Shown piece by piece: positions 1 to 9,064 of a stretch of DNA of 64,000 bases (positions are counted from its first letter, which is position 1; every line of letters begins with the position of its first letter). The stretch is from Candidatus Poribacteria bacterium. GTDB lineage: Bacteria > Poribacteria > WGA-4E > WGA-3G. The position numbers were made by a program, and so were the translations under genes. The DNA lies in contig JAJEDN010000104.1 in assembly GCA_022821495.1 (NCBI GenBank), positions 14,043 through 78,042 of the forward strand. Direction: 5' to 3'. The notes under the pieces are model-generated. The model was given only the letters and a program-made list of their open reading frames with translations. It was not told where the DNA came from and made no database searches.

Positions 1-2
1 TT

Positions 3-176
3 TCCCTCGGAAAACCGATCACTATCACAGAAACAACGCGCACAGCCGGACCGCCGATTGCTTATGCTGAGAGTGCCGAATTCGCTGCTGATGACGGTGC
101 TCGCAGCTCGACCCCTATCCAAACCGGAGAACTCACCGTTACTATTAACATCACCATCGTCTACGAGATTGAATAG
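3..176 (+). CDS. 3' end of a CDS entering from the left edge (possibly SIMPL/DUF541-like tail)
   Basis: Frame 3 is open from the window edge to TAG at 174-176. Peptide ends TPIQTGELTVTINITIVYEIE. No start codon in window, so it is absent from the ORF track. Confidence 0.3.
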   Translation, partial: SLGKPITITETTRTAGPPIAYAESAEFAADDGARSSTPIQTGELTVTINITIVYEIE

Positions 177-263
177 GACTTACGCAGCCCCCTGCTGGCG
201 GGGTTTCAAACCCCGCCAGCAGGGCATCGGATGTCTGTTATCATCGAAAAATGCGTAAGTCCT
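175..263. repeat. MITE-like element with 12-bp terminal inverted repeats AGGACTTACGCA / TGCGTAAGTCCT and a perfect 14-15 bp internal stem at 190-224
   Basis: TIRs at 175-186 and 252-263. The same TIRs bound the R1 copies at 9860-10024 and 35126-35263. Internal stem is CCCTGCTGGCGGGG-loop-CCCCGCCAGCAGGG. Confidence 0.6.
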
Positions 264-934
264 GTAAAATAGATAAATGGATTATACGCCTGCGTTGCCA
301 ATACAGCAAGCGATAACCCAAACAGTGTTATGCATATCCCTATTTTGAGAGGCGTCAACCGCTGCGTCCAATCCCACGTCTGTGGAAAACACCACACAGC
401 AATACCTGCGACACACATAACCCATAGATAGTAAGGCTGATAGAGGAGACCCGCAATCAAATCGGTGCCGGGTTGAATTTGGGCGGACTGGGCTACCCAG
501 CCCCTACCAAACATGCATCGCAGATAGAGGACTGCATCCGATAGTTCACTGATTCTAAAGAAAACCCACGCTACCAGCACAAGCAGGAATGTCGCTATAA
601 CTCGTAGTGGTTTCGGTATTGATCCGTAAAAACTCGCCTTTCCCCGTTTTCTTTCAAGCGCGAGCATACCACCGTGAATTCCGCCCCAGATAACAAAATT
701 CCAAGACGCACCGTGCCACAAGCCTCCCAGCAGCATCACAAGAGCCAAGTTGATGTATGTGCGGGCAGCACCTCGACGGTTCCCACCAAGCGGAATATAG
801 AGGTAATCGCGCAACCAACTCGAAAGCGAGATATGCCATCGCCGCCAGAACTCTGTAATAGATTCAGCACGGTAGGGTGAATCAAAGTTTTTGGGAAAAG
901 TAAATCCCAGCATTAATCCCAAACCGATCGCCAT
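206..934 (-). pseudogene. MBOAT family O-acyltransferase (AlgI/DltB-like), C-terminal half only
   Basis: Motifs FWRRWHISLSSWLRDYLYIPLGG and LWHGASWNF are present. MBOAT proteins are normally about twice this length. No N-terminal half lies upstream, because the methyltransferase gene ends 42 bp away. The last 19 codons and the stop are encoded by the MITE at 175-263. Confidence 0.6.
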
Positions 935-976
935 ATTAATTCAACGATAGTTTGATCCAGTCTTTCCCGGAGCAGA

Positions 977-2200
977 TTACGTAATTCCACCTTTGTCAGC
1001 ATAAATCATCGGCTCCTGAAACAGATGGAGTTGTTGTCCGGTAACGTTTTCCAATGACGTCACACGGTTCTGTAAAATTTTATCAAGCACCCAACCTACC
1101 AATACAGGTGGAACAGCATTACCGTATAAGGCATATTGATTATAGATAGAAACAGCAGAACAGTGATCATCTGGGAAACCTTGTAATCGCGCATATTCTA
1201 TATTTGTTAAGCGCCGATATCGATCCCCCACTTTGTAACGTTCATAGTGTCGACTGGTAGCAGCTGTGAGGGTCGGTGCAATTCCATCAATACCAAACAC
1301 CGTATATCCCATGCGAGCCCCCCTCTTCTGATTATAGAGAAGTTGAACACCATCCAGAAATCTATTAATCCGCGTGCTTTCCTCTAAACGTTGGAGCGTG
1401 CTCTCGGTAAAATCAAAAGTCGAGTCAACAGCAGATTGCAGAACGCTACGGAGTGTTACAGACGGCTTCGCTTCCGAGAAGCATTCCAAATTAGAAGTAA
1501 AAAAACGTTGATGAAATGCTAAACCCCAATTGCCAAATTTTCGATGATGTTTTTCAATCTCAAGCCAACTCGACATATCTGTGAGCCAACGAAAATTGTT
1601 TTCCAAACCTTCGCAAATATCTGCTGACTCCGCAAGTCTGATCGTAGGATAATTATCTTTTACATCTAAAGAACCTAATATAAGCACGCGTTCACGGTTC
1701 TGTGCCAAACCGAAGTGTCTCGTATTGACTAAACGCCACTCAATATGATAATCGAGTTCTGTTAGGGCAGAGAGCACTGTTGCAAAATGTATCCCTTTTT
1801 CCATTAAAAGCAGCCGTTTCACGTTTTCCAAAATGAAATAACGCGGACGATGCGTCCTTAAAACTTCTACAATAACGGAGAAAAGCAGGCCCCTTGGGTC
1901 ACGAAAACCCCTTTTCTGTCCAGCACTGCTGAAGGGTTGACAAGGAAATCCTGCTGTGAGTAAATCGTGTGAAGGAATTTCATGGGTCAATTCCCGAAGA
2001 TCGCCTTCACTAATCTCAGCATCACCAAATTGACTCCGATACACTTGACAAGCTTTCGGACAAATGTCATTCGCCCACAACGTTTGAAGTCCCTTTTGGG
2101 CAGCAGCTAAACGGAATCCGCCAATACCCGCGAAGAGTTCAACTGTTGTCTTAATTGCTTTAGAAGACATTTGCTGCTTTCCCTTATTAATTTGACTCAA
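977..2200 (-). CDS. DNA (cytosine-5)-methyltransferase
   Basis: Motifs ELFAGIGGF (I), GFPCQPFS (IV), FILENV (VI), QNRERV (VIII) and GNAVPP (X). The start could instead be the ATG at 2170. Confidence 0.9.
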   Translation of the reverse strand: MSQINKGKQQMSSKAIKTTVELFAGIGGFRLAAAQKGLQTLWANDICPKACQVYRSQFGDAEISEGDLRELTHEIPSHDLLTAGFPCQPFSSAGQKRGFRDPRGLLFSVIVEVLRTHRPRYFILENVKRLLLMEKGIHFATVLSALTELDYHIEWRLVNTRHFGLAQNRERVLILGSLDVKDNYPTIRLAESADICEGLENNFRWLTDMSSWLEIEKHHRKFGNWGLAFHQRFFTSNLECFSEAKPSVTLRSVLQSAVDSTFDFTESTLQRLEESTRINRFLDGVQLLYNQKRGARMGYTVFGIDGIAPTLTAATSRHYERYKVGDRYRRLTNIEYARLQGFPDDHCSAVSIYNQYALYGNAVPPVLVGWVLDKILQNRVTSLENVTGQQLHLFQEPMIYADKGGIT

Positions 2201-3110
2201 GGAGCGTCATCTGTTCAGCAGAAATTCCATCGGAGAGTGTAACTTTCTTGGCCAGACCATGTTTTCCCCAAATCGTTTCTAAATCCAGGGTCCAGGCATA
2301 ATCCTTGAAAAAGCGTGAGACATCATCCGATTCTCGTCGTTCGGCAAGCCTGTCTTGAATGAGTTCAACATTCTGAGAATCCAGTTCAATGCCTATTGAC
2401 TTTCGTCCTAATTGCTCTGCTACAACCAACGTTGTGCCTGAACCTGCGAACGGATCCAAGACAACATCACCCAAATTTGTCGAAGAGAGAATAATCCGAA
2501 GGAGGAGTTGGATAGGTGCTTGTTGCTTATGTAGACGATTCCCATCCGTATCCCGCAACGCTTCATCGCCTGCAAAATAGCCAGAGGTTAACTCACGGAT
2601 ATCATCCCACACATCGGTAACGAACATACCGTTCTCGCGCGCGTGTTTGTAGCCTGCTGGCAGCGGTGGGTCAATCCGCAAACGATGGAAAACACGTGGT
2701 GTTTTGCCTTTCGTTGCAAACGCAATCACTTGATAATGCTTACCGAAACGCTTTACGCCTGGCACTGCCGAGGTCTTTTTTTTCCAGATAATCAGATTTT
2801 GGAAAGTCCATCCAGTATCGCGTAAGCACTGCAGAACGAATTCTGTATTCTTCTCGCGTTGCATGAAATAAATCGCGCCACCAGCGGAAGTCAATGCATA
2901 CACCTTGGCACAGATATCGCGCATCCACTCCCAATATCTCTCCGGTGGCATATTATCATCCCAAGCGTTGTAAGCTTTATCTTGATTAAAGGGGGGATCG
3001 AGAAAGGAGAGGTCTATTTTTGAAGCGAAGTCGCTGCTATCCAAGGCAGTCGTGCAATTTTCATGGCGGACGACATAGTTTTCTCTAAGTGGGTTACACA
3101 TAACGTTCAC
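2187..3110 (-). CDS. beta-class N6-adenine or N4-cytosine DNA methyltransferase
   Basis: DPPF catalytic motif (LDPPFNQ) precedes the SAM motif DPFAGSGTT. Overlaps the C5 methyltransferase ORF by 14 nt. Confidence 0.85.
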   Translation of the reverse strand: MNVMCNPLRENYVVRHENCTTALDSSDFASKIDLSFLDPPFNQDKAYNAWDDNMPPERYWEWMRDICAKVYALTSAGGAIYFMQREKNTEFVLQCLRDTGWTFQNLIIWKKKTSAVPGVKRFGKHYQVIAFATKGKTPRVFHRLRIDPPLPAGYKHARENGMFVTDVWDDIRELTSGYFAGDEALRDTDGNRLHKQQAPIQLLLRIILSSTNLGDVVLDPFAGSGTTLVVAEQLGRKSIGIELDSQNVELIQDRLAERRESDDVSRFFKDYAWTLDLETIWGKHGLAKKVTLSDGISAEQMTLLESN

Positions 3111-3227
3111 ACGTGCTCAAATTAACGCCCAAGGACAGGCGTGATTATACCGTGCCAATATACAGATGTGTTGAACCGGTATCCACCTGTGGAGTGGAGA
3201 TAATGCTGGGGACATCGGGACTTGAAA

Positions 3228-3737
3228 TTAGACCGTATATTGCTTTAGCGTATCGTCATCTAAGTTCTCTAAAACATCTTTCGGATCGTGCTGCTCGCCT
3301 TCGCTCAATTCTTGTTCAGAGAACCCATGGTCCGCAATCACGTCTTCGGCAACAAAGATAGGCACTTCACATCGCAGCGCAAGCGCGATCGCATCACTCG
3401 GACGGCAATCCACCTTAATCTCTTCGTCGCCCGCTTGCAAAGTGACATGCGCAAAAAAAGTTCGTTCTTCAACATCGCGCACACATATATCCTTCACCTT
3501 TGCCCCAAGCGTCTCAATCATAATTTTCAGCAAATCGTGTGTCATCGGGCGCGGGAGTTCAACATTTTCTATATGCATTTGAATAGCACCCGCTTCTGAT
3601 TCGCCGATCCAAATCAGGAGTATCCGATTTGAGTCTTCGCCTGTCTCCTTCAGGACAACTATCGGCGCGCCTGTCCTCCGATCGATTGAGAGAAAGTGAA
3701 TTTTAACTTCAGTCTTTGCCTGTTTCTCAATATCCAT
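3228..3737 (-). CDS. bifunctional nuclease (BFN/DUF151) family protein
   Basis: Motifs PIVVLKE, ILLIWIG, EAGAI, RPMTHDL and RPSDAIALA are typical of DUF151. Confidence 0.65.
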   Translation of the reverse strand: MDIEKQAKTEVKIHFLSIDRRTGAPIVVLKETGEDSNRILLIWIGESEAGAIQMHIENVELPRPMTHDLLKIMIETLGAKVKDICVRDVEERTFFAHVTLQAGDEEIKVDCRPSDAIALALRCEVPIFVAEDVIADHGFSEQELSEGEQHDPKDVLENLDDDTLKQYTV

Positions 3738-3768
3738 TTGTGCATCCTTTCATGGGTTTTTATATTCC

Positions 3769-4410
3769 TTAATCAGCATCCATCAATTCTGCTTTTCTCA
3801 CATCAAAGATCCGTTTTGTGTCGTCATAGTTCACGAGGATCACAGTATCTCCCTTGACAGGAGGGGTCTCATCAGATTCGGCGCGGCAACTGACGGTTAA
3901 CTCCGGCCCATCTGGAACTCGCAAACGCGCCGTACCAAAAGTAGTCGTAATCTGTCCGCTGATGACGCGTCCACTCAAACCGAGCAGCTCGTCATCACTG
4001 ACAATTTTCTCACGCTGCGGAAAGAACTTCAAAAACACGATAGAGATACAGCGGGCACTTAGGAAAGAAAAGAAAAGCGCAAGGATACACGTTATCCAGA
4101 GCTGCTGCGGCTTTTCAGAAACATCAAGTACCGAGTTCGCAATGAGCCCAACAATCCCCCACGCCACGAATAGCGATATGAGCACAACTCCCAAGGGCAC
4201 GCTGCCAACATTTAAACGACAGCACTTCGCTTTCAGGAACCCAAGTATACCAATCAAAGAAGAGCGTTGCCCTTTAGCCGCCGCATCTGTCTCACTGAAA
4301 CCCATTGGACCTTTAACAAGTCGAAAGAACAGCCATAAAACCACAATCACCAAGGGGATCGTAAAGCAGATATTATACGAAGCGAGAAAATACATCAGGA
4401 ACGCTTTCAT
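3769..4410 (-). CDS. membrane protein with C-terminal OB-fold (NfeD/YqiJ-like)
   Basis: Several hydrophobic helices followed by GRVISGQITTTFGTARLRVPDGPELTVSCRA...GDTVILV. Confidence 0.35.
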   Translation of the reverse strand: MKAFLMYFLASYNICFTIPLVIVVLWLFFRLVKGPMGFSETDAAAKGQRSSLIGILGFLKAKCCRLNVGSVPLGVVLISLFVAWGIVGLIANSVLDVSEKPQQLWITCILALFFSFLSARCISIVFLKFFPQREKIVSDDELLGLSGRVISGQITTTFGTARLRVPDGPELTVSCRAESDETPPVKGDTVILVNYDDTKRIFDVRKAELMDAD

Positions 4411-4419
4411 GTCTAACTG

Positions 4420-4812
4420 CTACTTTGTGAGCTGCTCAGTGATGCAGACGTAGGCACACCGGGCTGAACGAAAATTGATATTATCGATCCAATGGACATT
4501 ACGTATAACGCTAATTTCAAGTCTTGCTTGGCTGAGAAGCCGATGCCTGAGTTGCCGGACCAATTTCACATCCTGAATCTCCGTGAATAATAAATTACAC
4601 CGGATATTCGCATAAGAAACAGCGAGGCTACCTATATACCGTTCGTCTAAGACCAGCACCCGTCGCGTCGTGATAAAAACGAAATCCGGACGCAGGAAAC
4701 TTGAGCGACCAAGGATACACAAACAGACTTCCTCACCCGCACCTATATGTGCTTGCACTGTCTGCTGAATACGAGGTGGCATGTTGACAAATTCAGCCAT
4801 GTCATTACGCAA
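4420..4812 (-). CDS. hypothetical protein, possibly a bacterial PH-domain protein
   Basis: ORF of 130 aa. The pattern GEEV...FITTRRVLVLD resembles bPH domains. Weak call. Confidence 0.3.
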   Translation of the reverse strand: MRNDMAEFVNMPPRIQQTVQAHIGAGEEVCLCILGRSSFLRPDFVFITTRRVLVLDERYIGSLAVSYANIRCNLLFTEIQDVKLVRQLRHRLLSQARLEISVIRNVHWIDNINFRSARCAYVCITEQLTK

Positions 4813-4853
4813 CCAAATCGACGCTCAATAAGAATAGGATCACTACACGGGAA

Positions 4854-5204
4854 TGGAGGTGGCGGGAATCGAACCCGCGTCCGAAGGCATTTCAATAGAG
4901 GCTACTACATGCTTATCACAGGTTTTGAGGTTCGTCTATAAGACTCCCCTGTGCAGGATTCAGCATAGACTATCTCAAAAGTGGTTCGCGGCACGCTCCT
5001 TGAGAATGAGCGAGCGGCTAGCCCGTATTGCGACGCTTTAACTTCCCTGACGGGCAACAGGTCGGTCAAGCGTAGCCGCGTTTAGGCAGCTAGTGCTAAT
5101 TCTTCATCAGCATTTATAAGTGTTCCGCCTATTTAACGAGGCCTGCGGAGACCTCGGCATGCAACCTATATCTCATCCACCTTCGTCGAAACCTTGACAC
5201 CCCC
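4854..5204 (-). ncRNA. ssrA: tmRNA (SsrA)
   Basis: 5' end GGGGGTGTCAAGGTTTCGACG. 3' end GCGGGTTCGATTCCCGCCACCTCCA. The acceptor stem has a G3:U pair. Internal reading frame ends NADEELALAA-TAA (stop at 5082-5084). Lies directly downstream of smpB. CCA is not encoded. Confidence 0.9.
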
Positions 5205-5241
5205 AAATTGTAAATACACCATCAGAAACCGAACTAACACA

Positions 5242-5700
5242 TTAATTATACGACCGTATTTCATTCGCGGTCGCTTCACGTTCTATCTTATCGCGTTTAT
5301 CATAAAGTTGTTTACCCATCGCAACCGCCAACTCCAACTTCACTTTACCATTGCTGAAATACGCGCGCGTCGGAACGATCGTCATCCCTTTTGAACGGAT
5401 CGAGCGTTCAAGTTTCGTGATCTCCCGACGATGCAAAAGCAATTTGCGTTTCCGCTTCGGTTCGTGGTTGGCGATATTCCCGTGTTCATACGGACCGATG
5501 TGGGCATCCATCAGAAACACTTCGCCATCCGCTACCTGCGCATAACTATCCGTTAAGTTAAGGCGTCCCGCCCGAATCGCTTTCACTTCTGTCCCTTGCA
5601 AGACAACACCCGCTTCATACCGGTCACGTAAGTGATAGTCATACCGCGCTTTGCGATTCACAGTAATCGTTGGGGTTGCAGAATCTTTAGCACCTTTCAT
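5242..5700 (-). CDS. smpB: SsrA-binding protein SmpB
   Basis: Motifs NRKARYDY, GTEVKA, KRKLLLHRREI, GMTIVP and GKVKLELA. Start taken at the internal ATG (MKGAKDS); the ORF track extends to 5739. Confidence 0.9.
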   Translation of the reverse strand: MKGAKDSATPTITVNRKARYDYHLRDRYEAGVVLQGTEVKAIRAGRLNLTDSYAQVADGEVFLMDAHIGPYEHGNIANHEPKRKRKLLLHRREITKLERSIRSKGMTIVPTRAYFSNGKVKLELAVAMGKQLYDKRDKIEREATANEIRSYN

Positions 5701-5894
5701 GATGACCTTAAGTATAACATACACACAACTTGTATGCAAGAAAAAATGGCAGAAAAGTCAGGACGATTTAGTTTTAAGGTTTTTGTCCAATTTATCGGTA
5801 AAGTCGCGATTCGGAGATCGCTCCTACCAAAGTCACACTAATTATGGGATCTACTATAAATTAACGACAATTAACCTGATCAGGTTGACTGAAG

Positions 5895-7355
5895 CAGCGT
5901 GATAGACCCAAGTCTAAAGACTTGGGCTTCCGCAAAAGTTATGCGAAAGCGTTTGTGGAATGCAGAAGCGGACTGGACGCTTCAACGGAGGTGCCTACGA
6001 TCTCGCCAAGCAAGACGATAGGTCTTACAACTCCTAACCCAAAGGAAGCTACCCCTTCCTTAAGGATATTGATAGCAGCGTTATGGTCTCTGTCAAGATG
6101 TGTATGGCAACTTGGACACGTCCATTCTCTATCTGCTAACGTTAACTCATTGTTTTTATCTTCACAAACAGAACAACACTTTGTAGTCGGTATCCACCGT
6201 CCAATCTTCAGAACAGAGCGTATCCGTTTTTTAGATTGGTGTTTGAGTTTTTTCACAAACTCACCAAAGGCAAGGTCAGAGACTTGTTTGCCCCAGAGGC
6301 GTTTCATACCTTCAAGGTTAAGGTTTTCAAAGAACATTATATCGGATTGCCCGCAAAGTTCTATTGCGAGTTTCCAGTGGTGGTCTATGCGTTGATTTTC
6401 AGTTTTCTTATGGATACGAGCAATATTCTTTCGTTCTCGTTCTCTGTTATGAGAACCTTTGACCTTACGTGAATGTGCTTTTTGTGCCTTTGCTAACTTA
6501 TTAGCGTTCTGTTTGTAAAACATAGGAGAAGTATATCGCTTACCATCACTGCCAGTCAGGAAGTCTTTTATACCGAAATCAAACCCTTCCGCATTACCGG
6601 TCTTGGGTTCAGGTATAACTTCCGAGTAATCTTCAGTGACTGTGATATAAATATCTCCGAGTGCGTCTCGTGTAACTTGAACTTGTGTGATTTCACCTTT
6701 TATTTCACGGTGTAAAGCGAAACGATACCAACGTCCGTTGAGACGGATACGATACGTAGGATGCTTTCTTTCGTTTTTCTGTCCGTCTAACAGTTTTTCT
6801 ATTCGGGCTTGCGTGCCGTCAAACGTCATGCCTTTATGTTTTTTACAAGCCTTGAAACGCGGACGCCCCCGACCAAGTGTTTTAATTTCTCTAATGGACT
6901 GCCCTAACCGTTTTAGAACATTCTGTAAACTCCACGCATACGGGATATTCCAATGCTGATATTTCTCAAGTTTCTTGAGTTTCGTCAAATGGGCAGACAT
7001 TTTATTATAGGACAACGACTTGCCGTAACGCCTATGATAGCGGCGAGACAAGCCAACAAAATGATTACGGACTATGCCACAGATATTCAAATCGTTATGA
7101 ATACATTTCAACGACTTATCGTAGAAAAGTTTATACTTCGTGTTTCGCATGGTATCAAGTATCAAGATTTTAACCCCTTTTCAGTGGGTAGGCAGACACG
7201 TAACCTTGCGATTACGCTGAAAAATGTCTGCCAACTTGATACGCTAATTATACAACATTTTTAGCCGAAAGTCAAATCTATTTTCAAACGTTTGGTCTAA
7301 TTAACATAGGCGGTGTCTACATCCCAAACCTGAAGGATTGGGTTTTGACACCGAA
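5895..7355 (-). mobile_element. IS200/IS605-family tnpB-only element (IS1341-like); boundaries approximate
   Basis: Contains the tnpB ORF. An 8-bp stem hairpin CCCAAGTC-TAAA-GACTTGGG at 5907-5926 lies just past the stop, which is a position typical of the right end and omega-RNA scaffold. Nested inverted repeats at 7159-7242 and a hairpin at 7311-7353 lie upstream, in the left-end region. No tnpA is present. Confidence 0.45.
5939..7150 (-). CDS. tnpB: RNA-guided endonuclease TnpB (IS605 OrfB family)
   Basis: RuvC-like motifs GFDFGIK, FFENLNL and DRDHNAAINI. Zinc ribbon CSVC...CPSC. Appears intact. ATG at 7150 preferred over the TTG at 7165. Confidence 0.9.
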   Translation of the reverse strand: MRNTKYKLFYDKSLKCIHNDLNICGIVRNHFVGLSRRYHRRYGKSLSYNKMSAHLTKLKKLEKYQHWNIPYAWSLQNVLKRLGQSIREIKTLGRGRPRFKACKKHKGMTFDGTQARIEKLLDGQKNERKHPTYRIRLNGRWYRFALHREIKGEITQVQVTRDALGDIYITVTEDYSEVIPEPKTGNAEGFDFGIKDFLTGSDGKRYTSPMFYKQNANKLAKAQKAHSRKVKGSHNRERERKNIARIHKKTENQRIDHHWKLAIELCGQSDIMFFENLNLEGMKRLWGKQVSDLAFGEFVKKLKHQSKKRIRSVLKIGRWIPTTKCCSVCEDKNNELTLADREWTCPSCHTHLDRDHNAAINILKEGVASFGLGVVRPIVLLGEIVGTSVEASSPLLHSTNAFA

Positions 7356-7405
7356 ATCTGATAATTACCGAAAATTTGAAGTTTTTTCCTAAAACAGGAT
7401 TTTAG

Positions 7406-7434
7406 TTGAAAACTGAAAGTAAATCTGATAAAAT
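7406..7434 (+). promoter_or_regulatory. sigma70-like promoter TTGAAA-17-TAAAAT upstream of hflX
   Basis: Hexamers at 7406-7411 and 7429-7434 with a 17-bp spacer. Confidence 0.35.
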
Positions 7435-7513
7435 ATTCTCTAAGTTCCACGCTATTGGAGCATCCTAACACGGTGCTTTGATTGCACGCTAAAACTGAGA
7501 AAGGGGTCCCTTA

Positions 7514-8803
7514 ATGCCAGAACTCTACGATACTCGTTCACCAAATCCACCTTCACGTGCGATTTTAGTAGGTGTTAAACTACGAAATAACCAGATGCAC
7601 GAAACAGAGGAATCGCTCCAAGAACTCCGGCAACTCGCAGAAACTGCCGGTATTGAAGTCGTCTGTGAGACAATCCAACCCCGTAACATGCCAAATCCAA
7701 CCTATTTTATTGGTGAAGGGAAGGTTGAAGAACTCAAACCCCTGATCGAAGAACTCGATGCCGACGCAATCATCTTTGACGAAGAACTGTCGCCAGCACA
7801 GAATCGGAACCTTGAAAAGGCTCTCGATGTCGCTACAATTGACCGTACAGGCCTCATCCTTCAAGTTTTCGCACAACGCGCACTCACGAAAGAGGCACGG
7901 TTGCAAGTCGCATTGGCACAACTCGAATACGCGCTACCACGTCTCACGCGGATGTGGACACACCTTTCACGACTTGCCACTGGCGGTGGCGGCGGTAGAC
8001 ACCTCCGGGGCCCCGGTGAAACACAACTCGAAATGGATAGACGTTGGGTCCGTAGGAACATTGCACACGTCAGAAAAGCACTTGAATCCGTCGAAAAGCA
8101 ACGTCATGTGCAGCGAAGAAATCGATCCGAAAAAATTAAGGTCTCTTTCGTTGGATATACCAATGCCGGAAAATCAACACTTTTCAACCGATTGACAGGT
8201 GAGAATGTCCTGGCTGAAGATAAACTGTTCGCAACTTTAGATTCAACCACACGCAAGGTGGAATTGCCACAAAAGCAACAGATTCTCCTAAGCGACACCG
8301 TCGGATTCATCAAGAAACTGCCACACCAATTAGTCGCAGCATTTAAGGCAACCCTCGAAGAGGTCGCCGCAGCAGATTTTCTGCTTCACGTCGTTGATGT
8401 CAGCCACCCAGAGGCAGAAGCACAGATAGCCGCTGTTAATACAGTCCTTAACGAATTGGAGGCGACTGACATCCCGACCTTTATGGTCTTCAATAAAACC
8501 GATAGACTCAAAACAGAGGAGGAGCTGCACATCCTACAATGCCAGTACCCAGATGCGTTCCCAATCTCAGCACAACGCGGTGATGGCGTTGAGGCACTCA
8601 TGGAAGCATTAGCAAACCGTTTTGCCGATCTCGGTACAAACCTCGACCTTAGCATTCCATATACAGAAGGGAAAGCACTCGATTTACTCTACAAACACGG
8701 GACTGTGCTTAACACTGAATACGCAGATGAAGCCATTCACGTCAAGGCACGTTTACCGAACCGCTACCTCAAATCGGTCTCCCAATTTTTGGTGTCTTCC
8801 TGA
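7514..8803 (+). CDS. hflX: GTPase HflX
   Basis: HflX N-domain, then G motifs GYTNAGKST, DTVGF and NKTD. Confidence 0.9.
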   Translation: MPELYDTRSPNPPSRAILVGVKLRNNQMHETEESLQELRQLAETAGIEVVCETIQPRNMPNPTYFIGEGKVEELKPLIEELDADAIIFDEELSPAQNRNLEKALDVATIDRTGLILQVFAQRALTKEARLQVALAQLEYALPRLTRMWTHLSRLATGGGGGRHLRGPGETQLEMDRRWVRRNIAHVRKALESVEKQRHVQRRNRSEKIKVSFVGYTNAGKSTLFNRLTGENVLAEDKLFATLDSTTRKVELPQKQQILLSDTVGFIKKLPHQLVAAFKATLEEVAAADFLLHVVDVSHPEAEAQIAAVNTVLNELEATDIPTFMVFNKTDRLKTEEELHILQCQYPDAFPISAQRGDGVEALMEALANRFADLGTNLDLSIPYTEGKALDLLYKHGTVLNTEYADEAIHVKARLPNRYLKSVSQFLVSS

Positions 8804-8812
8804 GGGGGCATA

Positions 8813-9064
8813 ATGCGATGGCTCGACCAGACTGACATCGGACACGACTTGCAAATCTGTCCAGACTGTGATAGGGAATACGAGGTACTTGACCAGTTTC
8901 TCGGAAGCCCATCCGAGGATCAATCACATAACTGGATTATTGATGCAGTATTCAACGACGCTTACTATGTCGCTATCCGGTGCCCACAATGCCTCGAAAT
9001 CCGTTACCTCTGTATACAATCTCTAACTGCTACACAGTTTCATAACGAAAAGGAAAATCAATGA
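8813..9064 (+). CDS. small hypothetical protein with two CxxC pairs (zinc-ribbon-like)
   Basis: CPDC and CPQC pairs. Tightly spaced between hflX and the next gene. Confidence 0.3.
   Translation: MRWLDQTDIGHDLQICPDCDREYEVLDQFLGSPSEDQSHNWIIDAVFNDAYYVAIRCPQCLEIRYLCIQSLTATQFHNEKENQ

Noticed and set aside
190-224. The perfect 14-15 bp stem as a bidirectional rho-independent terminator.
   Set aside because: There is no U-tract on either strand. It lies inside a TIR-bounded repeat and partly inside the extended MBOAT reading frame.
3228-3737. The BFN/DUF151 nuclease as the missing restriction endonuclease for the two methyltransferases.
   Set aside because: DUF151 is a widespread family not known as a restriction enzyme. 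It is separated from the methyltransferases by a 117-bp gap, and nothing specific links them.
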